The notes: a model not told the origin generated them from the sequence alone. Counted from the first letter of the stretch, positions 1-9,808 are shown. The stretch is 64,000 nucleotides of DNA from Treponemataceae bacterium (GCA_963667725.2 CAXXHO010000004.1:64001-128000); one strand, 5' to 3'. Program-made: numbers and translations.

Positions 1-106
1 GGCGGCGTCGTGGGGGACGCCGCAAGCGCGCCGGGTGGGGGAGGTCGCGGCGGAATTTTTGCGGGATTTCTTTTACTTTACTGAACATTAGTGTAGAGTA
101 TCGCTG

Positions 107-790
107 ATGAAATTCGAGGATATCGTCCGAACCTTCGGCGACAAGCCCTGGTTCGACTTCGAGATGGCGCACCTCGTCTCGGGCGAGGCGGCGCCGTGCG
201 TCCATACGGAACTCTACCGCTGGCGGCAGGCGGGCAAGCTCGTCGAGCTGCGGCGGGGATTCTTCACGCTGGCCGAGCCTTGGCGGCGCCGTTCCCTGGA
301 CGGGGCGGAGCTGGCGGGGGGGCTGTACGAGCCCTCCTACCTGTCGGGGAGCTGGGCGCTGGCGAGGCTGGGAGCCTTGCCGGCGCCCGCGGGGCACACC
401 CCTGAAGGCTTGCCCCGCTACACCTCGGCGACGACGCGTCCGGCCGCGGTCTTTGAGAACGCCTTGGGGCGGTACGAGTACGCGGCGCTGCCGAGGGATT
501 TGATGTTCGGGATGACGCCCAGGGGCAATGGCGGCAGCGGCGGCAGCGGGGCGCCCGCGATAGCGGGCGCCGCCTGCGTTGCCACTCCCGAAAAGGCGCT
601 GCTGGACTGGTGGCTCATTGAAGGCGGAGACTGGGACGAGGGCCGCATGGAGGCCGCTGCTCTGAATCCAACGCCCATTAACCTTGAGCGGCTGAAGGCG
701 GCGGCGGACCGCGCGGGCCGTCCCAGGCTCGCGAAAGCGGTGCGGGCCTTCCGCCGCTACGCGGCGCGGAAAGGAGCGGCGCAATGCTGA
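107..790 (+). CDS. abiEi: AbiEi-like type IV TA antitoxin / transcriptional regulator
   Basis: N-terminal wHTH-like 'LYRWRQAGKLVELRRG', then 'LYEPSYLSGSWAL' and 'ATPEKALLD' motifs; overlaps the downstream AbiEii-like gene. Confidence 0.8.
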   Translation: MKFEDIVRTFGDKPWFDFEMAHLVSGEAAPCVHTELYRWRQAGKLVELRRGFFTLAEPWRRRSLDGAELAGGLYEPSYLSGSWALARLGALPAPAGHTPEGLPRYTSATTRPAAVFENALGRYEYAALPRDLMFGMTPRGNGGSGGSGAPAIAGAACVATPEKALLDWWLIEGGDWDEGRMEAAALNPTPINLERLKAAADRAGRPRLAKAVRAFRRYAARKGAAQC

Positions 791-1242
791 AAGACGAGAT
801 GCTCGCGCTGGCGGCCGCGGTTCCCGACTCCGAGGGGAAGCGCGCCGTCTTGCGGGATTGCCTGCAGGCCTCGGTGCTGCGGTCCTTCCACGAGGCCGAG
901 GCCTTCCTGTCCGTGGCGATCGCAAGCGAGGGCGCGGCGGGCCTCGAGTTCGCCCTTCTGGACAAGAAAGACTACAAGCCCGAGCGCTGGCTCTTCGCGG
1001 CCAAGCGCCGACTCTGGTTCATGGGGCTTGATCCGCGCATAGCCTTCGCGCGCAAGCTCTCGGTCCACCAGGGCTGGGTCAAGGTGCCCGGCCTCCTGGC
1101 GGAGGCGGGGCTGCCCGAGGACGCCGCGGATCCGCTGGGGGTCAGGATTCAGATCGCTTTGGCGCCGCCCGAGCATTGTGGTACCTCAGTGGCCATCGTG
1201 GAACGCTTTGGGCTGCGGTTTGGGATTAAGAGGACAGGATGA
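784..1242 (+). pseudogene. abiEii: Degenerate, truncated AbiEii-like nucleotidyltransferase toxin
   Basis: 'LRDCLQASVLRSFHEAEAF' resembles the AbiEii N-terminus, but the GGT...RxSxDLDF motif is absent. Only 152 aa; the stop codon lies inside hairpin repeat 1. Confidence 0.65.
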
Positions 1243-1396
1243 CGGGACCGGACAGGATTTACTGGGAGAATGTTTTTGGGTTAGGAGAACGCGCGGCTCT
1301 TCTCGCAGCCTGTCTCGTTTACCTATTTCTTTTCTTCTCTTTCTTTCTTAACCATAAGCTTTTTCCTGTCAGTCCTGATGGTCCTGTTGTCCTGTC
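1233..1396 (+). repeat. Long hairpin repeat, copy 1
   Basis: GACAGGATGAC...GGGTTAGGA...TCTTAACC...GTCCTGTTGTCCTGTC. Confidence 0.95.
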
Positions 1397-2075
1397 GTAG
1401 TATTCACGCCGATAAAGCCTAGGTAGGTGTCGCGGTTGACGCACTCGAAACCGGCGCCGGGATACGCGGCGGTCCAGGAAGCGGGCGGCCGGAGCGTCCG
1501 TTTGGCGAGCTTGAACTCGAAGCCGGCGAGGTTGCCTTCCGACTCCTCGACATAGTCGAGTTCGGCTCCCGTATGCGTGCGCCAGAACCATGCGCCGCCG
1601 TGCCAGCCCCGATAGGCGTTGTGCTTTCTCCGCTCGCCGACGAGGAAGTTCTCCCAGAGAGCGCCCTTGTCCGGCCTTAGCTCCCAGTCCTTGAAATCAT
1701 CGATCAGCGCGTTCCTGATTCCGTTGTCGTAGAAATAAATCTTGTCCTTGCGGGTCACTTCTTTCCTGAGGTTCCTGCCGTAGCCGCCGAGGCGGAAGAC
1801 GACAAAGGCCTTTTCGAGCAGGTCGATATAGGAGATCACCGTGTCGGCGCTCATGGAAGTTTGCCGGCCCAGTTCTTGATAGGAGACTTCAGATCCCACC
1901 TGATAGGCCAGGAGGCGCAGGAGGTCCCGAAGCTTGCGCGGGTTGCGGATGCCGCCCAGCTCGAGGACAGCTTCTCGCCAAGTTCGGGAAAGGCGATCGG
2001 ATAGAGCGTATAGGTTCGGGCGATGGAGAGGCTTGAGCGATCGCTCGACGTTCGGGATCGGTCCTAGTAGATGTT
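1369..2075 (-). pseudogene. Deletion remnant of an AAA_14/DUF4143 ATPase (paralog of 6947..8137)
   Basis: 3' half nearly identical to 6996-7568; 5' half reduced to short fragments; start codon lost. Confidence 0.9.
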
Positions 2076-2120
2076 ATGGCGCGATTTCATCGACTATGAA
2101 AGATGAAATGGTGAGAATTG

Positions 2121-2284
2121 GACAGGATGACAGGAATGGGACAGGATTAACAGGAAAGAGTTTTTGGGTTGGGAAAGAGGACACAGTGCGCTTCTCGGAG
2201 TTTGGCGCGGTTACCTATCGCCGCGCTTCTCTTTCTTGAGCAAAGGCGCTTTCCTGTGAGTCGTGGGGGTCCTGTCGTCCTGTC
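2121..2284 (+). repeat. Long hairpin repeat, copy 2 (loop type B)
   Basis: Same arms as copy 1 with a different central loop. Confidence 0.95.
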
Positions 2285-2285
2285 T

Positions 2286-2312
2286 AAAAGTTAAAAAATG
2301 GGGTCTGACCCC
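2286..2312 (+). repeat. Short REP-like motif AAAAGTTAAAAAAT-GGGGTCTGACCCC
   Basis: 13-bp palindrome with an A-rich leader; recurs at 3836, 8329, 9777, 15654 (minus strand), 21296 and 30684. Confidence 0.9.
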
Positions 2313-2315
2313 CTC

Positions 2316-3656
2316 TTAACGGCGCGCCAGCTTATTATTGACCGTATCCTTGTCGAAGCGATCCGGTGCCCAGCGGATCCTGGGAGCCGGCGAGGCGAAC
2401 AGCGTGGCCGAGGCTTCAGCACGAAGTTCCTTATAACCCTCGATGCCGCCGCAGTCTTCGGGGGGAGTAGCCATGGCGCCGTCCAGGCAGACGCAGCAGG
2501 AGGTCCAGGCTTCCTCGTCTTGGAACTTTTCCCGCGCCTTCACTTTTATGGAATGCACCCAGTCGTCGCCAAAATCGTAGGTGTATTCGAGCGTATGGCC
2601 CACCTTGAGCCTCAGTTCGTCGAGGCTGACGATATCGTCGGCGATGATCACTCGCTCCTCGTCGTCCGAGAGTTCGCCGAATATCGCATGGTCATAGCGA
2701 AACTCATGGAGGTGATAGTCTTCCCAGCCGAAGGCGTCCTGCAGGCAGCGATGGAGGTCGGCGAGGGTCCGGTTGCCGGGAATCCGGAGGGTTCTGAAGA
2801 TGCGCGGCTTGGTTCCTCGCAGGGCGACTTCCAGCACATAGCTGTACTTCGAGGGCATGTACCCCTGGCGGGAGAGGGTGGCATGGTTGGAATCACGGCC
2901 TTTCGCCGGTATTTTCCTGGCGTGCCGCCGAGAGGACATAAGGGCTTCCAGGTCATCGAGGGTGGCTAGGTACGCTTTAAGGCTGGCGTTGCCTTGTTTC
3001 AGCACTTCGGCGAGGCGCGCTTTATCGGAGCGCAGCGGCTCATCGAGCTGGTGGCACAGGTTGAGGAGCTCGTTCATTTTAACGAGGTGCGCGGCAAGCT
3101 GTTTTTCTTCAGCTTCCGATGCATCCTCCAGGCTGTGGCGGACGATGCGCATCCAGAGAAGGAAGCGTTCGAAAATATCCATCAGGGCTTCGCGGAGGTA
3201 GTTTGCCTGCGGGATCTCGATGATGGAGAAATCGATGGTATCGAGGAAAGCCTCCGCCGCGCCGCGCGCGCAGGCTCTTAGCGCTTTGCGCCCGGATTCA
3301 GGAATTCCCGTGAAACAGAGGCCCACGAGCGTTCGATCGATCGCCTTTTCAATGAGGCTTTCCCGAAGGGCCGAGTCCGATGCAAGCTTTTTCTTGGTGA
3401 ATGTGCCGATTGCCGCATAGTGTCCGAGTTCGACGGCGAGGAAGTGTTCGATATCGGCCGCATCCACCGATAGATCGTATTCCTCGGCGAGGTCATGAAA
3501 GGGATCCAGGGAAGGCAATGCGCCCTTGGTGATGTCCTGAAACATTTCCTGCATGAGGGCAAGCTCTTTGTCGGAGAGCCCCTCCAGCATGGCGTTGCAG
3601 GCATTGGTTATGGCCGCAGCATCGAGTGGGTCTTTGCTCTTTTTCATGGTTCCCAT
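2316..3656 (-). CDS. pRiA4b ORF-3 family protein with long N-terminal extension (copy A)
   Basis: C-terminal 'TLADLHRCLQDAFGWEDYHLHEF...YTYDFGDDWVH...PPEDCGGIEGY'. Confidence 0.85.
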   Translation of the reverse strand: MGTMKKSKDPLDAAAITNACNAMLEGLSDKELALMQEMFQDITKGALPSLDPFHDLAEEYDLSVDAADIEHFLAVELGHYAAIGTFTKKKLASDSALRESLIEKAIDRTLVGLCFTGIPESGRKALRACARGAAEAFLDTIDFSIIEIPQANYLREALMDIFERFLLWMRIVRHSLEDASEAEEKQLAAHLVKMNELLNLCHQLDEPLRSDKARLAEVLKQGNASLKAYLATLDDLEALMSSRRHARKIPAKGRDSNHATLSRQGYMPSKYSYVLEVALRGTKPRIFRTLRIPGNRTLADLHRCLQDAFGWEDYHLHEFRYDHAIFGELSDDEERVIIADDIVSLDELRLKVGHTLEYTYDFGDDWVHSIKVKAREKFQDEEAWTSCCVCLDGAMATPPEDCGGIEGYKELRAEASATLFASPAPRIRWAPDRFDKDTVNNKLARR

Positions 3657-3712
3657 GGGTGTTTACTTTATGCTGGTTCTTTGGTTTTTGCCAGAAGGTT
3701 TCTTGGGATGTG

Positions 3713-3833
3713 GACAGGATGACGGGACTGGACAGGATTTACGGGAAGGAGTTATGGGTTAGGAGGGAGCGCGGCTCTTCTTTCTTAGCTAAAAGCTTTT
3801 TCCTGTGGGTCCTGGGAGTCATGGGATCCTGTC
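3713..3833 (+). repeat. Long hairpin repeat, copy 3 (short loop), followed by a GGGGTCAGACCCC motif ending at 3862
   Basis: Arms conserved, loop shortened. Confidence 0.9.
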
Positions 3834-3853
3834 CTAAAAGTTAAAAATTGGGG

Positions 3854-5221
3854 TCAGACCCCATTTAGCAACCTTTCGGATTGTTCAACGAGGTAGAGGG
3901 GGAGGGAGAGAAGCTTAAAGGGCTGAGAGGGTTTCCCCGCGATCGAGGTCGTGGACTCAAGGCAAGAAGGCACGTCGTCGTTGAAACGCAACCCCAAGGA
4001 AGCGTTTTTCTCCTGGAGGAACACCTGGAGCGACCTGAGACGGCCTGTCTTGCCCGCCTTGACTTCGACGGGAACAACCCGGCTTCCCTGCTGGATGAGA
4101 TAATCCACTTCGGCCGTGGATCCCTTGTTCCGCCGGTTCCAATAGAAAAGCGAAGGCTCGTGATAGAACCCATTCCGGTATAAAAGATGCTGACCGATGA
4201 ACTGCTCCGCCATGGCGCCGGAATTGACAAGCGTCATATCCCTATCGCGCGGAAAGTCGGCTGCGTTGAGACCCAGAAAAGACGCCAGAAGCCCGATATC
4301 CAGAAAAACAAGTTTGAAGGATGAAGGATGGACCTCGGCTCCAAGGGGAATCCCGTTCCCATCCGAATGGAACACCCTGAACACGAGGCGCGCCTTCTCC
4401 AACAGATCCAGGCTCTCTCGCACCTGGATCGATCGAGCGAGAGGATTGAGGCTCGAGTATTTCGCCGTCTTGCCGATCGTCGCGGGAATATTCTTGAAGA
4501 CTGCCTGCAGCATCGGAACATCGGCTTTTCGCTTATACTTGCTGAAATCGGCATAGTAGGTGAGCAATAGGTTGCTCTGCGCGCGCGACGCGGCTTTCAA
4601 GTCCAGATCCGATTCTATGAAAGCCTTTACCACCCCCGGCAAGCCCCCAACCAGGAAGTACTCCCTCATGCAGGCTCGCGCCTTGGCATGAAGCGCTTCG
4701 GGAAGGCTTTGCGGAATTCGGTATTCGGAAAGGTACTCGCGCAGCTGCTCCTGTCCGCGAGCCAGGAGGAATTCCTCAAAACTCATGGGCCCCAGATACA
4801 TGAATTCGATTCTTCCGACGGGAACGGAATATTCCGGCGCGCCGAGCGAGAAATCCAAGAGGGAGCCCGCGGCGATCACATGGAGTTCCGGCATTTTTTC
4901 GTAGAAATAGCGGAGCTTGGCGAGAACCGCGGGAACCGCTTGAATTTCATCAAGGAAAAGAAGGGTCTTCCCCGGGACTATCTTCTCGGAAGCATCGACT
5001 TCGATAAGCCGCACGATGGTCCGGACATCAGGCTCGTCGAAAAGGCTCGCTTTTTCGGGATCTTCATCGAAATTGATTTCCACGACCGAATCGAATGCCT
5101 GGCGCGCGAAGATCCGCACAAGCTCCGTTTTTCCCACTTGCCGGGCTCCGCGCAGTACGAGAGGTTTTCTGTCGGGCCTTACGCGCCACTGCGCGAGAAA
5201 ATCGAAGGCGAAGCGTATCAT
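3854..5221 (-). CDS. AAA_14 ATPase with DUF4143 C-terminal domain
   Basis: Walker A GARQVGKT, Walker B LFLDEIQ, 'VGGLP', C-terminal 'EVDYL...PVEVKAG'. Confidence 0.9.
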   Translation of the reverse strand: MIRFAFDFLAQWRVRPDRKPLVLRGARQVGKTELVRIFARQAFDSVVEINFDEDPEKASLFDEPDVRTIVRLIEVDASEKIVPGKTLLFLDEIQAVPAVLAKLRYFYEKMPELHVIAAGSLLDFSLGAPEYSVPVGRIEFMYLGPMSFEEFLLARGQEQLREYLSEYRIPQSLPEALHAKARACMREYFLVGGLPGVVKAFIESDLDLKAASRAQSNLLLTYYADFSKYKRKADVPMLQAVFKNIPATIGKTAKYSSLNPLARSIQVRESLDLLEKARLVFRVFHSDGNGIPLGAEVHPSSFKLVFLDIGLLASFLGLNAADFPRDRDMTLVNSGAMAEQFIGQHLLYRNGFYHEPSLFYWNRRNKGSTAEVDYLIQQGSRVVPVEVKAGKTGRLRSLQVFLQEKNASLGLRFNDDVPSCLESTTSIAGKPSQPFKLLSLPLYLVEQSERLLNGV

Positions 5222-5228
5222 GAAATTG

Positions 5229-5257
5229 ATTATGCACTATTTACCTAGTATTTTCAA
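5229..5257 (-). promoter_or_regulatory. Sigma70-type promoter for a probable leaderless mRNA
   Basis: On the minus strand: TTGAAA-17 nt-CATAAT-7 nt-ATG. Confidence 0.7.
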
Positions 5258-5285
5258 CATTTTTTGCTATTATTATAGGATATTT

Positions 5286-5453
5286 GACAGGATGACAGGA
5301 ATGGGACAGGATTAACAGGAAAGAGTTTTTGGGTTAGGAAGGAGAACGCGCGGCTCTTCTCGCAGCCTGTCTCGTTTACCTATTTCTTTTCTTCTCTTTC
5401 TTTCTTAACCAAAAGCTTTTTCCTGTCAGTCCTGATGGTCCTGTCGTCCTGTC
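5286..5453 (+). repeat. Long hairpin repeat, copy 4
   Basis: Loop nearly identical to copies 1 and 5. Confidence 0.95.
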
Positions 5454-6748
5454 GCCTTATTGAGCAGGGAGAGCGCGTAGAGGGGGATGTTCGTCAGCCA
5501 GCTTTGTTCGCGGTAGGGCGACAGCGAGGTTCGAAAAGCGCGCGGGGGCGAAAACTTGTCGTAATAGACGCGGAGGCTCTTGGCTTGCAGGTTTTCCGCC
5601 GCTTTTACTTCGAGGGGGTAAACAGAACCTTGGGCCTGAAGCAAAAAATCGACCTCAGCCCGGGAGGTGTCGCTCGACCAGTATGAGGCATCCATTTCTT
5701 CCATGAGACACAATTCCTGCGCGACATATTGCTCGGTCAGCGCGCCCTTGAATTCCTCGAAAAGGGCGTTCCCCCGCAATACCGCCTGCATCGGCAAGCC
5801 CGCATGCGCCGCCAGCAGCCCGATATCAAGCATGTAGAGCTTGAACGCGTTGAGCTCCTGATATGCCTTGAGCGGAAGCCCGGGCTTCGAGACTCTGAAG
5901 ATTTTGCGCGACAAGCCCGCATCGCAAAGCCACTCGATCGCGGATTCATATTCTCTCGCCCTGGCGCCCTCGCGGACGAGTCCGTACACGAATTTTTTCT
6001 GTTCCCGGGCCAATTGGGCCGGCAGGGAATTCCAGACCGCCCGGATCCGAGGGACCGTGTCTGGTTTCGCGTATTTCGAAAAATCCCGTTCATAGGCTTC
6101 AAGCAGCGCTTTCTGGAAGACGCGGACCTTGTCGAGATCCTTGGTTTCCACGAAGGTGACCACGCTCTCCGGCATGCCGCCGACGCAATAGTAATAGCGC
6201 AGGGATTCGGTCAGCTTTTCCCTGAACGCATCGATCATGGACCAGTCGCCTGATGCGACAAGGTCCGCCAGCTCAGGCTCGCCGATGGCTTTCAAGAATT
6301 CCAGGAAGGAGAGCGGATAGAGATTCAAGAAGTCGACTTTGCCGACGGGGAAGGAAGTGTCCGCATGCAGCGAGATCCCCAGGAGCGATCCTGCCGCGAT
6401 AAGGTGGTACTGGGGAGCATTCTCATAAAAATACTTGAGCGAGGTGAGGGCCTTTGGGTTCGCCTGGACTTCGTCGAATACGATGAGCGTCTTTTCAGGC
6501 TCGATGGGCACGCCCGTCTCCACGCGCAAGCCCATGAGGAGGCGCGCAGGGTCCACGTTGGAGGAGAAAAGCGTTGTCATACGCTCATTGGACTCGAAAT
6601 TTATATAGGCGATGTTTTGGTAGATGCTTTTGCCGAATTCTTTGAGCAGCCATGTTTTGCCGACTTGGCGGGCGCCGTTCAGGACGAGAGGTTTTCTGCG
6701 CGGATCACGTTGCCACGCCAGCAGGGCTGAGAGGGCTTTTCTTTCCAT
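5426..6748 (-). CDS. AAA_14 ATPase with DUF4143 domain
   Basis: GARQVGKT, IVFDEVQ, VGGMPE, EVDFL...PLEVKA; last residues encoded by repeat 4. Confidence 0.9.
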   Translation of the reverse strand: MERKALSALLAWQRDPRRKPLVLNGARQVGKTWLLKEFGKSIYQNIAYINFESNERMTTLFSSNVDPARLLMGLRVETGVPIEPEKTLIVFDEVQANPKALTSLKYFYENAPQYHLIAAGSLLGISLHADTSFPVGKVDFLNLYPLSFLEFLKAIGEPELADLVASGDWSMIDAFREKLTESLRYYYCVGGMPESVVTFVETKDLDKVRVFQKALLEAYERDFSKYAKPDTVPRIRAVWNSLPAQLAREQKKFVYGLVREGARAREYESAIEWLCDAGLSRKIFRVSKPGLPLKAYQELNAFKLYMLDIGLLAAHAGLPMQAVLRGNALFEEFKGALTEQYVAQELCLMEEMDASYWSSDTSRAEVDFLLQAQGSVYPLEVKAAENLQAKSLRVYYDKFSPPRAFRTSLSPYREQSWLTNIPLYALSLLNKATGRQDHQD

Positions 6749-6769
6749 ACTATAAGTGTATTGCGGGTC

Positions 6770-6797
6770 ATCACAAAAGTGTAGCCTCTTTTGTGAT
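6770..6797. promoter_or_regulatory. Inverted-repeat operator candidate upstream of the ATPase gene
   Basis: ATCACAAAAG-N8-CTTTTGTGAT. Confidence 0.55.
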
Positions 6798-6830
6798 TAG
6801 TTGAACAAAAGTCGTACAAGTTTTGTGTTT

Positions 6831-6995
6831 GACAGGATGACAGGAATGGGACAGGATTTACAGGTAGGAGTTTTTGGTTAGGAAGGAGAACGCGGCTCTT
6901 CTCGCAGCCTGTCTCGTTTATTTATTTCTTTTCTTCTCTTTCTTTCTTAACCAAAAGCTTTTTCCTGTGGGTCCTGACGGTCCTGTCGTCCTGTC
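6831..6995 (+). repeat. Long hairpin repeat, copy 5
   Basis: Conserved arms and type A loop. Confidence 0.95.
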
Positions 6996-8137
6996 TTAGT
7001 ATTCACGCCGATAAAGCCTAGGTAGGTGTCGCGGTTGACGCACTCGAAACCGGCGCCGGGATACGCGGCGGTCCAGGAAGCGGGCGGCTGGAGCGTCCGT
7101 TTGGCGAGCTTGAACTCGAAGCCGGCGAGGTTGCCTTCCGACTCCTCGACATAGTCGAGCTCGGCTCCCGTATGCGTGCGCCAGAACCATGCGCCGCCGT
7201 GCCAGCCCCGATAGGCGTTGTGCTTTCTCCGCTCGCCGACGAGGAAGTTCTCCCAGAGAGCGCCCTTGTCCGGCCTTAGCTCCCAGTCCTTGAAGTCGTC
7301 GATCAACGCGTTCCTGATCCCGTTGTCGTAGAAATAGACCTTATCCTTGCGGGTCACTTCTTTCCTGAGGTTCCTGCCGTAGCCGCCGAGCCGGAAGACG
7401 ACAAAAGCCTTTTCAAGCAGGTCGACATAGGAGATCACCGTGTCGGCGCTCATGGAAGTTTGTCTGCCTAATTCCTGATATGAGACTTCCGATCCCACTT
7501 GATAGGCCAGAAGGCGCAGGAGATCCCGAAGCTTCCGCGGGTTGCGGATGCCGCCCAGCTCGAGGACATCCTTGTACAGGTATGCGGAACTCAATTCCAG
7601 AAGGTGCGCGACTTTGTCGGCTTTCGCGCCCATGCTGAAAAGCGCGGGATACAGCCCGAGCACGAGGCATTCGGGCAGACTCCCCTCGAGCTCGAAGGGA
7701 GACAGCTTTTCGCCAAGCTCGGAAAAGGCGATCGGATAGAGCGTATAGGTCCAGGTTCGCCCCGTGAGTGCTTCGGTGGCGGTTCGGGCGATGGAGAGGC
7801 TCGAGGAGCCCGTCACCAGGAGCGAGCCGGGGAAGCCTTCGTCGTAGAGCAGCTTGAGCGCCCGCTCGACGTTCGGGATGTGCTGCGCCTCGTCGACGCA
7901 GACGAGATCGAAGCCGGCGATTTGCCCTTTGATCATGCGAAGATCGCTCGAAGCCCAGAGCTCCTGTACGCGCGGATCCTCGCCGTTGACCATGATGGTT
8001 TTGCCTTCGAAGCTCCGCATCGCAGCCCGGGCAAGGGTTGTCTTGCCGCATTGCCGAGGCCCATAAAGAAGCACTATGCGCCGGTCGGTCCGCAGGCGGT
8101 GCTGGAGTATCCCTAAGAGCGCTCTATCGATGTTCAT
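6947..8137 (-). CDS. AAA_14 ATPase with DUF4143 domain
   Basis: GPRQCGKT, CVDEAQ, TGSSS, GALWEN, ELDYV...FEFK. Confidence 0.9.
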   Translation of the reverse strand: MNIDRALLGILQHRLRTDRRIVLLYGPRQCGKTTLARAAMRSFEGKTIMVNGEDPRVQELWASSDLRMIKGQIAGFDLVCVDEAQHIPNVERALKLLYDEGFPGSLLVTGSSSLSIARTATEALTGRTWTYTLYPIAFSELGEKLSPFELEGSLPECLVLGLYPALFSMGAKADKVAHLLELSSAYLYKDVLELGGIRNPRKLRDLLRLLAYQVGSEVSYQELGRQTSMSADTVISYVDLLEKAFVVFRLGGYGRNLRKEVTRKDKVYFYDNGIRNALIDDFKDWELRPDKGALWENFLVGERRKHNAYRGWHGGAWFWRTHTGAELDYVEESEGNLAGFEFKLAKRTLQPPASWTAAYPGAGFECVNRDTYLGFIGVNTKTGRQDRQDPQEKAFG

Positions 8138-8144
8138 AATAGAT

Positions 8145-8181
8145 ATTATAACGCGATTTCATCGACTATGGAAGATGAAAT
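8145..8181 (-). promoter_or_regulatory. -10 box plus inverted-repeat operator candidate
   Basis: TATAAT 7 nt upstream of the ATG; ATTTCATC-N10-GATGAAAT at 8156-8181. Confidence 0.6.
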
Positions 8182-8192
8182 TGTGTGAATTG

Positions 8193-8326
8193 GACAGGAT
8201 TTACAGGTAGGAGTTTTGGGTTAGGAAGGAGAGCTCGGCTTTTCTCCTAACCCTTTTTTATATTCTCTTTTCTTCTCTTCTCTTTCTTAACTAAAAGCTT
8301 TTTCCTGCTAGTCCTGGGATCCTGTC
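8193..8326 (+). repeat. Long hairpin repeat, copy 6, followed by a GGGTCAGACCCC motif ending at 8354
   Basis: Shorter arms, same core. Confidence 0.9.
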
Positions 8327-8357
8327 GTAAACTTCAAAATTAGGGTCAGACCCCGCT

Positions 8358-9698
8358 TTAACGACGCTCCAGCTTTTTGTTGACCGCGTCTTTGTCGAAG
8401 CGCTCCGGGACCCAGCGAATCCTGGGAGTCTTGGGGACGAACAGCGTGGCCGATGCCTCCGCTCGGAGTTCCTTATAGCCCTCGATGCCGCCGCAGTCTT
8501 CGGGGGGAGCGGCCATGGCGCCGTCCATGCAGACGCAGCGGGAAGTCCAGGCTTCCTCGCCTTGGAGCTTGTCCCGCGCCTTTACTTTTATAGAATGCAC
8601 CCAGTCATCACCGAAATCGTAGGTGTATTCGAGCGTATAGCCTACCTTGAGCCCAAGCTCGTCGAGGCTGACGATGTCGTCGGCGATGATCACGCGTTCC
8701 TCCTCATCCGAGAGCTCGCCGAATATCGCATGGTCATAGTGAAACTCATGGAGGTGATAGTCTTCCCAGCCGAAGGCGTCCTGCAGGCAGCGATGGAGGT
8801 CGGCGAGGGTCCGGTTGCCGGGGATGCGGAGGGTTCTGAAGATGCGCGGCTTGGTTCCCCGCAGGGCGATTTCCAGCTCATAGTAATACTTCGAGGGTAT
8901 GTACCCCTGGCGGGAGAGGGTGGCATGGTTGGAATCACGGCCTTTCGCCGGTATTTTCCTGGCGTGCCGCCGAGAGGACATAAGGGCTTCCAGGCCATCG
9001 AGGGTGGCGAGGTACGCTTTAAGGCCGGCCTGGCCTTGTTTCAGCACTTCGGCGAGGCGCGCTTTGTCGGAGCGCAGTGTTTCGTCGAGCTGATAGCACA
9101 GGTTGAGGAGCTCGTTCATTTTGGCGAGGTGCGTGGCGAGCTGTTTTTCTTCAGCTTCAGACGCTTCGTCCAGGTTGTGGCGAACGATGCGCATCCAGAG
9201 AAGGAAGCGTTCAAAAATCTCCATAAGGGCTTCGCGGAGATAGTTTGCCTGCGGGTTCTCAATGATGGAGAGATCGATGCCATCGAGGATGGCCTCCGCC
9301 GCGCCGCGCGCGCAGAGCCTCAGCGCTTTGCGTCCGGATTCGGGAATGCCCGTTACGCAGAGGCCCACGAGCGTTCGATCGATCGCACTTTCCATGAGCC
9401 GTTCCCGAAAGGCCGGGTCGGAGGCGAGCTTTTTCTTGGTGAGTTTGCCGATTGCCGCATAGTGTCCGAGTTCGACGGCGAGGAAGTTTTCAATATCGGC
9501 CGCATCAACCGAAAGGTCGTATTCCTCGGCGAGGTCGTGAAAGGGGTCGCGGGAGGGCAATGCGCCCTGGGTGATGTCTTGAAGCATTTCCTGCATGAGG
9601 GCCAGCTCTTTATCGGAGAGTCCCTCCAGCATGGCATTGAAGGCATTGCCGATCGTCGCGGCATCGAGGGGGTCTCTGCTCTTTTTCGTGGTTCCCAT
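8358..9698 (-). CDS. pRiA4b ORF-3 family protein (copy B)
   Basis: Colinear 446-aa paralog of 2316..3656. Confidence 0.85.
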   Translation of the reverse strand: MGTTKKSRDPLDAATIGNAFNAMLEGLSDKELALMQEMLQDITQGALPSRDPFHDLAEEYDLSVDAADIENFLAVELGHYAAIGKLTKKKLASDPAFRERLMESAIDRTLVGLCVTGIPESGRKALRLCARGAAEAILDGIDLSIIENPQANYLREALMEIFERFLLWMRIVRHNLDEASEAEEKQLATHLAKMNELLNLCYQLDETLRSDKARLAEVLKQGQAGLKAYLATLDGLEALMSSRRHARKIPAKGRDSNHATLSRQGYIPSKYYYELEIALRGTKPRIFRTLRIPGNRTLADLHRCLQDAFGWEDYHLHEFHYDHAIFGELSDEEERVIIADDIVSLDELGLKVGYTLEYTYDFGDDWVHSIKVKARDKLQGEEAWTSRCVCMDGAMAAPPEDCGGIEGYKELRAEASATLFVPKTPRIRWVPERFDKDAVNKKLERR

Positions 9699-9739
9699 GG
9701 GTGTTTACTCTATGATGTTTCTTTGGTTTTTGCCAGAAG

Positions 9740-9804
9740 GTTTTCCTGGTAGTCCTGATGGTCCTGCTATCCTGTTAAAAAGTTGAAAATTGGGGTCTGA
9801 CCCC
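9740..9804 (+). repeat. Right-arm-only copy of the long repeat plus GGGGTCTGACCCC motif
   Basis: TTTCCTGGTAGTCCTGATGGTCCTGCTATCCTGT-AAAAAGTTGAAAATTGGGGTCTGACCCC. Confidence 0.8.
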
Positions 9805-9808
9805 GAAG

